Part shown: one piece after another, positions 19,535 through 29,698 of the stretch
How positions within the stretch are numbered: the first letter of the stretch is position 1
How the letters are laid out: every line of letters starts with the position of its first letter
Assembly: GCA_963763775.1 (NCBI GenBank)
Contig: CAVXPZ010000003.1
Location: forward strand, 1 to 64,000
Length of the DNA: 64,000 nucleotides
DNA from: an uncultured Chloroflexia bacterium
GTDB lineage: Bacteria; Chloroflexota; Limnocylindria; Limnocylindrales; CSP1-4
Reading direction: 5' to 3'
Position numbers and translations under genes: made by a program
Notes under the pieces: model-generated
What the model saw: the letters and a program-made list of their open reading frames with translations, nothing else
The model's database searches: none
Told to the model about the DNA's origin: nothing

Positions 19535-20620
19535 TCAGGGATCGACCACGACCGTCGCGAGCCAGATGTCCGACCCGCCGTCGCTGAGCGACTCGACGAG
19601 GAGGACCGGCTCGCCATCGAGCGTCGTTCCCTGGATGGACTCGACGCCCTCGCTGCCCGGGATATCCGCGGCAGCGAGCAGGACCTTGCCCGTGCATGAC
19701 CAGTGGATCCCGTCATCGCTCGTCGCGGCCAGCACTTCCGGTTTCTCGGAGGGACCGGCGCTGCCGGCGAACAGCATCAGATAGCCGTCGCCCCGCCGCC
19801 AGACCTGCGGCCCGAGCGAGGCTGCCGCCGTCGCCGGACCGCAGTCACCCGGCCCCACGACAGGATCGTCTCGGCGAGCCCAGGTCACGCCGTCGACCGA
19901 TGAGGCGTAGCCGATCCCGCCCCGGACGCCACGCCCGGCTCCTTGTCCCTCGTACCACATCGAGAGCTCAGGACCCTCGGCCAGGATCGAGGAGGCGGCG
20001 GCCGTCTGGTCGTCCCAGGCCCCGTTCGCCCCGCGTGCCAGCACGCGATCCTCACCGTCCGCGATGGTCCACGGACCGTCGGGTGTCGGCGCCGTCGCAC
20101 GCCACGTCTCGAAGCTGGTGCGGTCGGCCGGCCTGGCCGCCCAGCCGTACAGCACCCAGGTGCCGTCGATCCCGCGCAGTGCAGCGCCCGGGATCGCGCC
20201 GGGCGGTGCCAGCGTCAGGCCGAGGTCGGTGTAGATCGGGGTTGGGTCGATCGACCAGCTGCGCCCGTCGGTCGATCGCGCAGCGGTCACTCGCTGGCCC
20301 GCCGGCCCGAACCAGACCAGGAACGCCACGATCGAACCGTCGGCGTCCACCGCCGCCGCGGCCGGCATGACAGCATCCGCGTTCGGGGGACCGTCACCCC
20401 GGGTGATGACCGGCTCGTGACCCACGAGCGTCACGGTCATGTCGGGGCCGGAGGCGAGCGGGACCGGCGGGGCGGACGGGGCGGCCGTCGGCGAGACGTT
20501 CGGCTCTCCCGAGCTCGCCGGGTCCTGCGAAGAGGCCGCGGGTCCCGGGGACGATCCGGGCCCGGCCTGGCAGGCAACGACGAGGATGGCGGTGGTGAGT
20601 GGCAGCAGACGTCGATCCAT
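19535..20620 (-). CDS. Lipoprotein with glycoside-hydrolase-like five-bladed beta-propeller / Asp-box repeats
   Basis: Lipobox VVAC; ARSTDGRSW, GAWDD, MWYEG, IGYASSVDGVTW, ATSDDGIHW. Confidence 0.7.
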   Translation of the reverse strand: MDRRLLPLTTAILVVACQAGPGSSPGPAASSQDPASSGEPNVSPTAAPSAPPVPLASGPDMTVTLVGHEPVITRGDGPPNADAVMPAAAAVDADGSIVAFLVWFGPAGQRVTAARSTDGRSWSIDPTPIYTDLGLTLAPPGAIPGAALRGIDGTWVLYGWAARPADRTSFETWRATAPTPDGPWTIADGEDRVLARGANGAWDDQTAAASSILAEGPELSMWYEGQGAGRGVRGGIGYASSVDGVTWARRDDPVVGPGDCGPATAAASLGPQVWRRGDGYLMLFAGSAGPSEKPEVLAATSDDGIHWSCTGKVLLAAADIPGSEGVESIQGTTLDGEPVLLVESLSDGGSDIWLATVVVDP

Positions 20621-20657
20621 ATACCGTCGAGACCGGGCCACACCGGCCTGTGACACC

Positions 20658-21362
20658 TCAGCGCGACGACAACACCGGGGACTCCGCGCCGAGGTTCCCG
20701 AGGACCATCGAGTAGCTGCTGAGGCCACGCGCCACGACGATCGGCACCGCGTGGATGGTCGTGCGGACCTGCTCGGCGGGATCGAGCGGCAGCTCACCGG
20801 TCAGCCAGGCGCGAGCGGCGGCGGCGTCCGCTGGATCCGCGAAGGACTGCCCGATCGTCGCGACCAGGAGGTCCGCTCGGTCGCGGTCGGACGTCGCCGA
20901 CGGCGTTCCGAGGATGTCCGAATCCACGTGGATCTCGCCGACGTGGCCCGCCGGATCCTCGGAGACGACCACGGTCGCGAGCACCGACGGCGTGGTCGCC
21001 GTGCAGACGATCGCCTCCATGCGCGGTCGGCCGGCCGGGGTCGCCGTGCCGGGGCGGCAACTGAAACCCGAGGTGCGAAGCTCGACGGAGAGTCCTTCGC
21101 CCGTCCGGAAGGCTGGAGCGGGGTCTGCCACCGGAGCCTTGGGCGCCCCGATCGCGGATCCGATGGCCAGGACGACGATCGCGACTGCCGCGGCCAGGGG
21201 CACTTCGGATCGGAGCCGGGAGTGGGCACCGACGGGCCCCGGCGCAGCGAGGATGTCGCCTGGCAACGGCTCGACGGCCAGGGAGCGCGCCGCGGACCCG
21301 AGGGCACGATCGAAGGCGTCCTGCATCGGGTCGGCCCCGGCCGGCCGCGTGGGAGCGCTCAA
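20658..21362 (-). CDS. Putative anti-sigma factor
   Basis: Coupled after an ECF sigma; one TM (LAAAVAIVVLAIG); Cys pair in the external part. Confidence 0.6.
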   Translation of the reverse strand: MSAPTRPAGADPMQDAFDRALGSAARSLAVEPLPGDILAAPGPVGAHSRLRSEVPLAAAVAIVVLAIGSAIGAPKAPVADPAPAFRTGEGLSVELRTSGFSCRPGTATPAGRPRMEAIVCTATTPSVLATVVVSEDPAGHVGEIHVDSDILGTPSATSDRDRADLLVATIGQSFADPADAAAARAWLTGELPLDPAEQVRTTIHAVPIVVARGLSSYSMVLGNLGAESPVLSSR

Positions 21363-21886
21363 CGCTCAGCCTCCTGCCAGGCATCGAGCAGTCGGGCCCT
21401 CGCCCGCGATGAGATCTTCCTGGCGTTGGCATGGCTCACGCCAAGGAGCTCGGCGACTTCGGCCAGAGAGTACCCGTAGCCGTGCTGCAGGATGACGACG
21501 GCGCGTTCCCGCGGCGCCAAGGCGTCGATCAGCTCGCGCAACTCGAGGCCCGAGGCTCGCGGTGCCGGTCGCTCCATACCGGGAAGTCCGTCGAGCAGTT
21601 CACGAAGTCGATGCCCTCGGCGTTTCACCCGGAAGCTTCGATGCACGCAGATCCGGGCGAGCCAGGCCTCCGCCGCGAGTGGATCGCGAAGCTGGCCGAC
21701 CCGGGCGTGAGCGATGAGATACGTGTCGTGGACGACATCCTCCGCGTGCGCGTGTCCGACGAGGGACGTCGCGATGCGCTGCAGCCGCGGGCGCGCGGCA
21801 GCGAAGACCGCGTCGAGGTCGTGGTCGTCATGGCGGACGACCGGGCCGATCCGGGGGACGAGGCGCTCAAGCTCTGTCACGGTCAC
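21359..21886 (-). CDS. ECF RNA polymerase sigma factor
   Basis: AEDVVHDTY, AWLARIC, LAPRERAVVIL..YGYSLAEVAELLG..RAR. Confidence 0.88.
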   Translation of the reverse strand: MTVTELERLVPRIGPVVRHDDHDLDAVFAAARPRLQRIATSLVGHAHAEDVVHDTYLIAHARVGQLRDPLAAEAWLARICVHRSFRVKRRGHRLRELLDGLPGMERPAPRASGLELRELIDALAPRERAVVILQHGYGYSLAEVAELLGVSHANARKISSRARARLLDAWQEAER

Positions 21887-22012
21887 ACACGATAGAGACT
21901 CGGGCGGCGCCGACTGTGACCCTGGCCGAAGATCCTGCGCGGGTGCGCGGGCTGTGCCACGACGGACAGTACAGCCTGCGGAAGCCGCCCCTGCAAGGGT
22001 GAGGAGGCTCGA

Positions 22013-22720
22013 TTAGTGCCGGTGCCGTCGAAGGTGGATCAGCGGGAGGGCCAGGGCGACGAACGTCATGACGAGATAGACGCCGACCGCCGCGAGCGGG
22101 ACCACGACGGCCAGGACGATGGCGACGACGTTGAGGACGATCAGGATCCACCGCTGCCGGACCTTGGCTTCCAACGTCTCGTCGGCGACGCCATCGACCA
22201 CGAGCGACCGCTCGCTCGCGATGTAGAACATGAGCAGACTCAGGGCCAGTGACGCCAGGAGCACGTTGACCCCATAGATCACGACCGCTGCCTCCACGTC
22301 CGGGCCCGACAGGTGGGTGACGAGCAGGTTGGTCGAGAACGGAAGGACGGCCACGAAGAGCAGCATCAGGAGGTCGATGCCGTACGCCAGCGTGTCGGCG
22401 TGCCGCATCAACTTCGTCATCCCAGCGTGGCTGACCCAGATCCCTCCGATGAACGCGAAGCTGATCAGGTAGCCGAGGAACTCCTGCCACTGTTCCGCGA
22501 GGGCCGGCAGTAGGCGACCGCCACTTGCCGGCACCGTCAATTCGAGGACGAGCAGCGTGATCGCGATGGCGAAGACGCCATCGGTGAACGCATTGAACCG
22601 GTCGAGAGGCAGGACATCCGCGGCCCTGGAAGACCCGCGACCCTTCAACGTTTGGCGGACCCCATGGTCGTGCGGCGCCGTCGCTTCGAGCGACGGATCC
22701 GATCGTTCATCCACCGCCAC
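22013..22720 (-). CDS. TMEM175 family potassium channel
   Basis: RFNAFTDGVFAIAITLLVLEL, SFAFIGGIWVSH, LPFST. Confidence 0.88.
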   Translation of the reverse strand: MAVDERSDPSLEATAPHDHGVRQTLKGRGSSRAADVLPLDRFNAFTDGVFAIAITLLVLELTVPASGGRLLPALAEQWQEFLGYLISFAFIGGIWVSHAGMTKLMRHADTLAYGIDLLMLLFVAVLPFSTNLLVTHLSGPDVEAAVVIYGVNVLLASLALSLLMFYIASERSLVVDGVADETLEAKVRQRWILIVLNVVAIVLAVVVPLAAVGVYLVMTFVALALPLIHLRRHRH

Positions 22721-22752
22721 TGATCCTCGTCATCGGGCGGCGACCGGATCTG

Positions 22753-23280
22753 TCACGTCGTCGGATGATCAGCTGCGTCGACCGGAGCCGAGTTCGACGC
22801 AGCGTCGATCTCAGCGACAGCGGCATCATCGAGCTCATGAGTCTCGGCTTGGCCGCCGAGGGAGGTGAGCTCGGCGAGGATCGCGGCGGCGCTGGTCTTG
22901 TCCGTCATCACCCCGACGGCGGCCTTGCCCCCTTGCAGCTCGCGACCGAGGCGCTCCCGATCATCCTTCGACGTGAACACGCTCCTGTGGTGAAGCGCGC
23001 CGAGGATCCCGCCGCCGATGACCCCGATCGCCAACCCGATCGGTGTGAGCATGGCCAGGATGATCCCGATCCCGGCGCCCGTCCCCGTGCTCCGAGGACC
23101 GAGCTTCTCGGTCTTGAGTCTGCCGTCTGCGTCGAGGACGAGGACTCCCAGCGCCTGGATCTGATGGGTATCGATCAGCTTTGCAGCGGCCTCCTGCTCC
23201 GCCCACAGGGTCAGCCCTTCAGCGGCAGCGTCCGCGGACGCCTCGTCGGCGAAGATCGCCAGGACCAGTTGTCGGAGCAT
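22753..23280 (-). CDS. DUF1269-like Gly-rich membrane-associated protein
   Basis: GVLVLDADGRLK, GAGIGIILAML.P.GLAIG..GG..GA, LGRELQGGKAAV. Confidence 0.7.
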   Translation of the reverse strand: MLRQLVLAIFADEASADAAAEGLTLWAEQEAAAKLIDTHQIQALGVLVLDADGRLKTEKLGPRSTGTGAGIGIILAMLTPIGLAIGVIGGGILGALHHRSVFTSKDDRERLGRELQGGKAAVGVMTDKTSAAAILAELTSLGGQAETHELDDAAVAEIDAASNSAPVDAADHPTT

Positions 23281-23379
23281 GATCGACTCCCTTGGGCGCT
23301 AGATCAGACCGTATCGCGCGTGGCGTAGCGGCCCGGCTTCGATGTCACGCCAGCATAGGCTCGTCAAGGGCACCGGCCG

Positions 23380-23398
23380 CATCCTCCTGGCCGGAAGA
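23380..23398 (-). promoter_or_regulatory. Cluster box 1 (TCTTCC-N5-GGAGGATG on the - strand)
   Basis: Lies 22 bp upstream of TATGCT (23357-23352), oriented toward gene 23280. Confidence 0.65.
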
Positions 23399-23429
23399 GG
23401 TCGATCAAGGCTGACCGTCGTTTCATCGA

Positions 23430-25586
23430 CTACACCTCATCGCCGCTACGGACCGGCGTCACGACCGGCACGGGCACAGGGGCATCCCCCAGGACCAGGA
23501 GCGCCGTCCGCCACGTTGTCGCGAATACGCCGATGAACGGCACGACGAGGAACATCCCGGCGATCCCCGCCAGGGCCGCACCCGCCGGGATCGCGAGCAG
23601 GACGATGGCCGGATGGATGTTGACCGCGCGCCCGTAGACCACCGGCGCCACGAAGTTGCCCTGGACCACGTTGAAGACGATGGTGTAGACGCCCATGATC
23701 GCGGCGTCCTGCGGCGTGCCGAGGGCGAGCGTCACGAAGAACGCCAGCAGCGTCGTCAGGATGCTGCCGATATACGGGATGAACCCGCCGAAGAACGACA
23801 GGACCGCCAGAGGCAGTGCGAGCGGGATCCCGAGCAGCGTCATGATCAGAAGCTGCGTCGTCGCCCCGAAGAGCGAGATCGCGCCGGTTCCGATCATGTA
23901 GCCGCCCAGGACCCCGACGGCCCGGCCTCCGGCCGCATCCACCTCGGGCCGGCGCCACTCGGCGAGGCGGGACGTCGCGAACGACCAGAACCTGGGGCCG
24001 TCGCGCAGGAAGTCGAACGTCAGCAGAACGCCGATGACACAGACGACTGCCAGTCCGATGGATCCGGCCACGACCGCCTGGGCCGTGTGAAGTAGGACGT
24101 CGGATGAGCTCGACACGATCGGCTGCAGCCAGGCGAGGACTTGGGGATTCGAGGCGACTGCCTGCCCGGCACCGATGCTGGCGGCTTGGACGATCGGCCC
24201 CATCTGGGTCGCCAGGCTGACGACGGTGAGGACGACGACGACCGTGGTGATGACGATCGATGCCACGGTCACGGTGCCAGCCGCGCTCGTCGGGCTCCAG
24301 CCCCTGGCCCGAAGCAGACGGTAGATCGGCAGGAGCGTCGCCGCGAGGATGATCGCGAGCGTCACCGGGATGAGGACGATCGGGACCTGGACCGCGAGGA
24401 GGACCGCTACGCCCAGGAACGCGAGCCCGACCAGGCATCGCCAGCTCCATTGCGCCAGGCGATCCAGCCACCGGGGCACGATCGAAGTCGACTCCCCATG
24501 TGCACCCGTGACGTCCATGCCGATGACGTCGATGAGGGAACCAGCGACGGCGTACCCGAACGCGACGACCGGGACGGCCAGGAACAGGCCGACGAACCCC
24601 GCCAGCGCCGCCCCGATCGGGAGGGCGATCAGCACGGCGGGCCGCGGCATCCGGACCGCCCCACGGAAGACCCTCGGGGCGACGACGGAGGTCTGGACGA
24701 CGTGAACCAGGATGACCCCGACGAAGATGGCGCCGGCGGCCGCAAGGCCACCTGACGCATAGGTCACGAGGAGCAGGACGGTCATCAGCAGGAGCCCGCC
24801 GAGATACGGGATGAAGCCGGCGAAGAAGGCGAAGACCGACAGGGCGAGAGCAGCGGGAACGCCGAGCACCGTCAGGAAGGCGAAGGTGGTCGCCGCGTCG
24901 ATGGTCGCCTGCGTCGCGGTCCCGCGAAGCCAGACCCCGACTCCGCTCAGTGCCTTGTCGCCGCTGGACATGATCACCTCACGCCGGCGATCGCCCGTCG
25001 CCTGGAGTGCCGATGTCCACGCCTTGTCGCCGTCCTGGAGGAGGAAGAAGGTCAGGATGCTCCCGAGGATCGTCACGGTGACGGCGGTCGCCAGCCAGGA
25101 CGCGACGCTCGCGAGGTGGCCGCCGATCCATGACTCGGCGTTCGATCGAGCCTGGCCAAGGGCGTCGTCCAGCTGACCGGCCTGGCCGCTCGCGTTCGCA
25201 TCCGCCTGGAGTCTGGTCACCCCCGACTGGATGGACTCGACGATCCCGGGGATGAGCGGCACGACGGCGACCACGAGGAGGATCACGATCATGCCGATCG
25301 CGATGATCGCCAGGAGGGTCACCGCGGCGGCCGTCTTCGTTCGGGACCAGCCCCGTCCGCGCAACCACCTCGCGACCGGCGCGAAGAAGACGGCGACGAT
25401 CAGCGCGAACAGGATCGAAGCGACCACAGTCCCAAGGATCACGGCGAGATCGGCGAGGACGACACCCAGTGCGAACACGACCAGCACGCGCCAGCCGATC
25501 GCGGCCGCGTTGCTCAGCCAGGTCGGGATGAGCGGCGCACGGGTCTCGGTATCGGCCTCTACCGGCTGGCTCGTCGCGCCGCCCAT
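23430..25586 (-). CDS. AI-2E family transporter with two fused AI-2E domains
   Basis: Two copies of WL...A..SWR.LV / FF.GFIPY.G / P.V.L.A.P.GAALAG..G.FL.VP. Confidence 0.88.
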   Translation of the reverse strand: MGGATSQPVEADTETRAPLIPTWLSNAAAIGWRVLVVFALGVVLADLAVILGTVVASILFALIVAVFFAPVARWLRGRGWSRTKTAAAVTLLAIIAIGMIVILLVVAVVPLIPGIVESIQSGVTRLQADANASGQAGQLDDALGQARSNAESWIGGHLASVASWLATAVTVTILGSILTFFLLQDGDKAWTSALQATGDRRREVIMSSGDKALSGVGVWLRGTATQATIDAATTFAFLTVLGVPAALALSVFAFFAGFIPYLGGLLLMTVLLLVTYASGGLAAAGAIFVGVILVHVVQTSVVAPRVFRGAVRMPRPAVLIALPIGAALAGFVGLFLAVPVVAFGYAVAGSLIDVIGMDVTGAHGESTSIVPRWLDRLAQWSWRCLVGLAFLGVAVLLAVQVPIVLIPVTLAIILAATLLPIYRLLRARGWSPTSAAGTVTVASIVITTVVVVLTVVSLATQMGPIVQAASIGAGQAVASNPQVLAWLQPIVSSSSDVLLHTAQAVVAGSIGLAVVCVIGVLLTFDFLRDGPRFWSFATSRLAEWRRPEVDAAGGRAVGVLGGYMIGTGAISLFGATTQLLIMTLLGIPLALPLAVLSFFGGFIPYIGSILTTLLAFFVTLALGTPQDAAIMGVYTIVFNVVQGNFVAPVVYGRAVNIHPAIVLLAIPAGAALAGIAGMFLVVPFIGVFATTWRTALLVLGDAPVPVPVVTPVRSGDEV

Positions 25587-26716
25587 CAGTGGGCAGCGGC
25601 CTTGAGCTCCGCAGTGGTCGGCAGCATCGACTTGCCCCGTCGCGCCAGCTTGAGCAGGATCCAGGCGAGCGGGATCGGCAGGAACCAGTAGTACAGCCGG
25701 TAGAGGAAGACGCCGGCTGTGATCGCGGCGGTGTATCCCTCGCCCGCGATGGTGGTGAAGGCCGAGATGAAGAGCAGTTCCGGGACCCCGGCGCCACCAG
25801 GCGAGAGCGGGATGATCGTGATGGCCATCACGAGGGCGTAGACGCCGAAGATGATGCCCGGGCTCAGGACGTCGGCTGGCACACCGCACATCCGGAGCGC
25901 GACGATGAGGACGATCGTCCAGACGAACTGGGAAGCGACCGACGTGCCGAGCGCCACCAGACCGCGCTGGCGGATGACGACACCCAGCTGGTCGCGGAAC
26001 CGATGGATCGCGCCGTCGACGTCGGGCGCGCCCTTGCGTCCGAGCCGCGCCATCAGCCATGACACCATCCGCTGCCCCGTCCGACCAAGCCAGGAGGCGA
26101 TCCGCTCCGAACGGACGATCGCGATGATGAGACAGACGGCGACCACGAAAACGACCGCGCTGATGATCGCGATCGTCCACGCCTTCCCTGAGTTGGGGCC
26201 TTCGGCCAGGTTGCCGGTGACTGCGATCGTGATGATCGCGAAGAGGGGCAGGAACAGGCGACTCAATTCGTGGACCACGCCGTAGAGGGCGATGCCCGAG
26301 GTGGCCGGGATGTTCGGGATGCCCCAGCCGCGCAAGACGACCCAAAGGACGCCCATGTTCCACGGGCCGAACGGGACGCTCGCGCCGATCCCGGACAGGA
26401 TCAGCCACGACGTCGGTCCACGGGGCACGGATAACCCGGGGATCAGCGCGCAGAAGACGAGGCCGCTGACGAGCCAGCCGGCGGCACCCAGGGCGGTGAT
26501 GACCACCATCTGCTGTGCTGACAGGGCCTGGAACGCGGCGAAGACCTCGCTGTAGTTCACGCCGGTCGCTGGCAGGATGATGACGAAGACGACGAAGAGG
26601 ACGGCGACGATCAGACCCGAGCGCATGAGCGCCGCACGGCGATTCGGCGGCGCGGCGGCGGACGCCGGGTCCGTCCCCCGGGTCGCGTCGGGCGTGGGCG
26701 TGTCGGGGCCACTCAT
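25586..26716 (-). CDS. Lysylphosphatidylglycerol-synthase TM-region (UPF0104/flippase-like) protein
   Basis: IPLSPGGAGVPEL, AGVFLYRLYYWFLPIPL; multi-TM. Confidence 0.8.
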   Translation of the reverse strand: MSGPDTPTPDATRGTDPASAAAPPNRRAALMRSGLIVAVLFVVFVIILPATGVNYSEVFAAFQALSAQQMVVITALGAAGWLVSGLVFCALIPGLSVPRGPTSWLILSGIGASVPFGPWNMGVLWVVLRGWGIPNIPATSGIALYGVVHELSRLFLPLFAIITIAVTGNLAEGPNSGKAWTIAIISAVVFVVAVCLIIAIVRSERIASWLGRTGQRMVSWLMARLGRKGAPDVDGAIHRFRDQLGVVIRQRGLVALGTSVASQFVWTIVLIVALRMCGVPADVLSPGIIFGVYALVMAITIIPLSPGGAGVPELLFISAFTTIAGEGYTAAITAGVFLYRLYYWFLPIPLAWILLKLARRGKSMLPTTAELKAAAH

Positions 26717-26916
26717 CCGGTCCGCTCCGGCGTCGTCACCGACGTCGTCTCCGAGTGCGGATCAAGATCGCTGGTCCAGACGGACATGCAACTCCTCGCA
26801 CCGACGCGCTCGTTACCTGTTCCGATCCGAGAAGCATATTCCCCCGAGCGAGATGGACGTCCGTTAAACGCCGATGCAGACGGGCTCCATTATCGAGGCG
26901 CTCCCGACGGCGGGAA

Positions 26917-26935
26917 CATCCTCCCCTTCGGAGGA
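26917..26935 (-). promoter_or_regulatory. Cluster box 2 (TCCTCCGAAGGGGAGGATG on the - strand)
   Basis: Lies 22 bp upstream of GATAAT (26894-26889). Confidence 0.75.
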
Positions 26936-26956
26936 AGCGCCCGACCTCGCGCGCCG

Positions 26957-29287
26957 TCAGGCCCTGGACGGTGACCTACTCGGCTGCCGGGACTCCTCGG
27001 CCGGCCAGAACCGCTCGAGGAGTCCGGCGTCGACGGCAAGGTCGACGGCGTCGCTGCGGGTCGCCGCGCCCAGCTTCTGGTAGATCGCAAGCGATTGCGA
27101 CTTGATCGTCGTCTCCTTGACGCCGAGGCGCTGGCCGATCTCCTTGAACGAGAGGTAGTACGGGAGAAATGACAGGACACGGAGCTCGGCGACCGTGAGG
27201 CTCGTCGCGCCCCCGCCGCGCACGGGCGCCCGGGCGGCCAGGACCTCCTGGAGGGAGTCCGCCTCGGCTGGGAGGACACCGAGGTCGGGGCGATCGCGGA
27301 TCACGTCGTTCGCATGGGCGACAAGGGCGCGTGCGCCGGTGGGATCGTCGATCGCGACATGGGCCCTCGCGAACGCGAGAAGGAGCTGGACCGCTCCGGC
27401 CGGGGCAGCTGCAGTCAGGAGCGGTCGAAGGCCTGTCGCGCGAGCGAGCTCGCGACGCGCACCGCCGATATCGCCGCGATGGATCATCAGCTTGATGCGG
27501 ACCACGCGAGACGGGACACTCGAGAGGTACCCGTCGACGTGTCGAACCGGGTCGATCGTATCGCTCTCCGCGATGTGAGCAGCCGCGGCATCCCAGGCCC
27601 CCTGTTGGGCGGCCACGAGAGCGCGGTGTCCGAGCACGCAATACAAGCGCGCGAGGTGGCTCGACGCCCTGGCCGCGACGACTGCGTCGGCAAGGGCTGC
27701 GTCTGCGCCCACCACATCGCCGAACGTGAGGCGCGCGAAGGCCAGCTGCCATAGCGCGAAGTCCCGCCACGATCCATGCTCCCCTTCGAGCTCGACCGCT
27801 CTCGTGGCGTTCGCCAGCGCGTCTTCCGCCCCACGGCGAACAGTCGCGGCTCGGAGCATCGCCCGCCCGGACTCGAACGACGCGGTGCCGTCGTGCGGCC
27901 GACCCGCGAACGCTCCTCGCTCGGCGACATCGGCAAGTCGTATCGTCCCTGCCACGTCGCCCGCGGCGATCTCCTCCCAGGCTGCGAGCACCGCGAGCCA
28001 GGGGTGGGCCTCCAGAACGTCCGGACCCAAACGACGGGCCCATGCTCGGATCGTCGTGCGGCGGCCGGACCAGTGAAGCTGACCGAAGCCGTTGCCGACC
28101 AGCGTGGCGACGAGGTCCGAGTCCTCTGCCGCGAAGGCGTGATCGACGGCGTGCTCGATGGCGTCGTTCGCCTGGTACCAAGCGGCAGCACGCCTGTGGA
28201 GTGTGGCCAACATCTGAGGTTCGCGGATCGCGAGTTCCCGCTGGAGGAAGTCACGAAGGAGGGTGTGGTAGCGGTACGACCCGCCGTATTCGTCGATCAG
28301 CAGGGTCGAGCGTGAGAGGTGCCGCAGGATCTCGGTCGACCCGTGCCGATCCGCCACGACATCGCACAGCGGCGCGGGCAGATCGTCGAGGATCGAGGTG
28401 CGAGTCAGGAACGTGACCTCGGCCGTGGATCGGCGATCGAGCACCTCGGATCGTAGGTAGTCGTCGATGCGATGGTCGGGACCGGCGTCGCTCCGATCGG
28501 GTGCTGTCCGAGACGTCCCGGCTCCGAGGATCGCGAGCGCCAGCAGGGCGGGCCAGCCCTCGGTCTCCCGTGTCAGGCGCGTGGCCGTATCGGCCGGCAC
28601 GCGCAGCCCGAGTTCGCGTCCCAGCCCGACGGCCTCGCGCTTGTCCATCGCCAGATCCGTCGGACCGATCTCGAGCAATGAGCCGGCCGCTCGCCAGCGA
28701 GCAAACGGGAGGCGCATCCGAGCGCGCCCTGCGATCGCCACCTGCGACCCTTCGGGCGCGTGCTCGACGAACTCCGCGAGGATGTCGAGGCACGCCCGTG
28801 ATGTGATCCGGTGTGCATCGTCGATGGCGAGCTGGACGCGCTCCGTGGGTCTGGACATCACTGCCAGCAATCGACCGACAACGGTCCGGTGCGACACCGT
28901 GTCCGCCGCGATCGCGCCGAGGAGCTCCGGACCGACCGACACGCAACGATCGATCGCGGCCGCGAGATCGGTCAGGAACACGACCGGGTCGCTGTCGGTG
29001 TCGTCGGCCGTCAGCCAGGCGACCGCCCCGGAGTGCTCTGTCGCCCACTGGACAAGGAGACTCGATTTGCCGTAGCCGGGAGGCGCGACGATCCAGATGA
29101 CCGGTCGATCCGGGGACGACCGGAGTTGGCGCAACAGCCTGGTCCGGCGCAGTGTCCCTACGTGCCGCCGCGGCACGACAAGCCTTGCGTCGCGGAGAGG
29201 ATCGGTCAGACCGGTCGCGCTTTCGCCATTTCCGAGATCTTGAAGCTCGATCGCTTCGATCTCGACGGGAGAGGCGGAAGGGGGCAT
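26957..29287 (-). CDS. MalT-like ATP-dependent LuxR family transcriptional activator
   Basis: APPGYGKSSLL, VAWLTAD..D.DP, IDDAH, TEGWPA, YRYHTLLRDFL, C-terminal LTVAELRVL..L...LSFKEIG.RL.V...TIKSQ...IY.KLG. Confidence 0.92.
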   Translation of the reverse strand: MPPSASPVEIEAIELQDLGNGESATGLTDPLRDARLVVPRRHVGTLRRTRLLRQLRSSPDRPVIWIVAPPGYGKSSLLVQWATEHSGAVAWLTADDTDSDPVVFLTDLAAAIDRCVSVGPELLGAIAADTVSHRTVVGRLLAVMSRPTERVQLAIDDAHRITSRACLDILAEFVEHAPEGSQVAIAGRARMRLPFARWRAAGSLLEIGPTDLAMDKREAVGLGRELGLRVPADTATRLTRETEGWPALLALAILGAGTSRTAPDRSDAGPDHRIDDYLRSEVLDRRSTAEVTFLTRTSILDDLPAPLCDVVADRHGSTEILRHLSRSTLLIDEYGGSYRYHTLLRDFLQRELAIREPQMLATLHRRAAAWYQANDAIEHAVDHAFAAEDSDLVATLVGNGFGQLHWSGRRTTIRAWARRLGPDVLEAHPWLAVLAAWEEIAAGDVAGTIRLADVAERGAFAGRPHDGTASFESGRAMLRAATVRRGAEDALANATRAVELEGEHGSWRDFALWQLAFARLTFGDVVGADAALADAVVAARASSHLARLYCVLGHRALVAAQQGAWDAAAAHIAESDTIDPVRHVDGYLSSVPSRVVRIKLMIHRGDIGGARRELARATGLRPLLTAAAPAGAVQLLLAFARAHVAIDDPTGARALVAHANDVIRDRPDLGVLPAEADSLQEVLAARAPVRGGGATSLTVAELRVLSFLPYYLSFKEIGQRLGVKETTIKSQSLAIYQKLGAATRSDAVDLAVDAGLLERFWPAEESRQPSRSPSRA

Positions 29288-29433
29288 GCGGTCCTACCAG
29301 CTGGCGGCGCGGTCCAGCGACCGAGCCAGACGGTCAAGAGGGGCATCGTAGTGGAAGAGTCAGCCGCGGTCCAATCGCGCCGCGTCATCGTTCACTTCGT
29401 CGCGCGAGGGGCTCGCGCTGCGGGGAGCCTCCG

Positions 29434-29452
29434 TCCTCCGACGGGGAGGATG
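29434..29452 (+). promoter_or_regulatory. Cluster box 3 (TCCTCCGACGGGGAGGATG)
   Basis: Identical 19-mer to box 4; lies 20 bp upstream of TAGCGT (29473). Confidence 0.75.
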
Positions 29453-29698
29453 CGGGGCGCTGATCGGCAGCCTAGCGTGACAGTGTCCCGATGGACAGCG
29501 GTGATGTCGACGTGATCAGGCCCTTCGTCGCAAACGGGGTTGGCGGGCTCACGTCCAGTCGGCCATCGCGCCCGCGTCGATTCGGCGGGGCCGTCACGTG
29601 AGGATCTACGAAGCGCCGCGCCACCGATCCCTGACGAAACGCGCGGTCTCGCGACCGACGCTCGTCCATCGAAGCCACGCCGACCAAGAGGATCACCG

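Noticed and set aside
26839-26858. Possible extra cluster box (TTCCCCCGAGCGAGATGGA)
   Set aside because: The right half-site is poor and there is no correctly spaced -10.
29491-29601. 36-codon ORF (MDSGDVDVIRPF...) in the leader after box 3
   Set aside because: No RBS, no recognisable motif and nothing else supporting translation.
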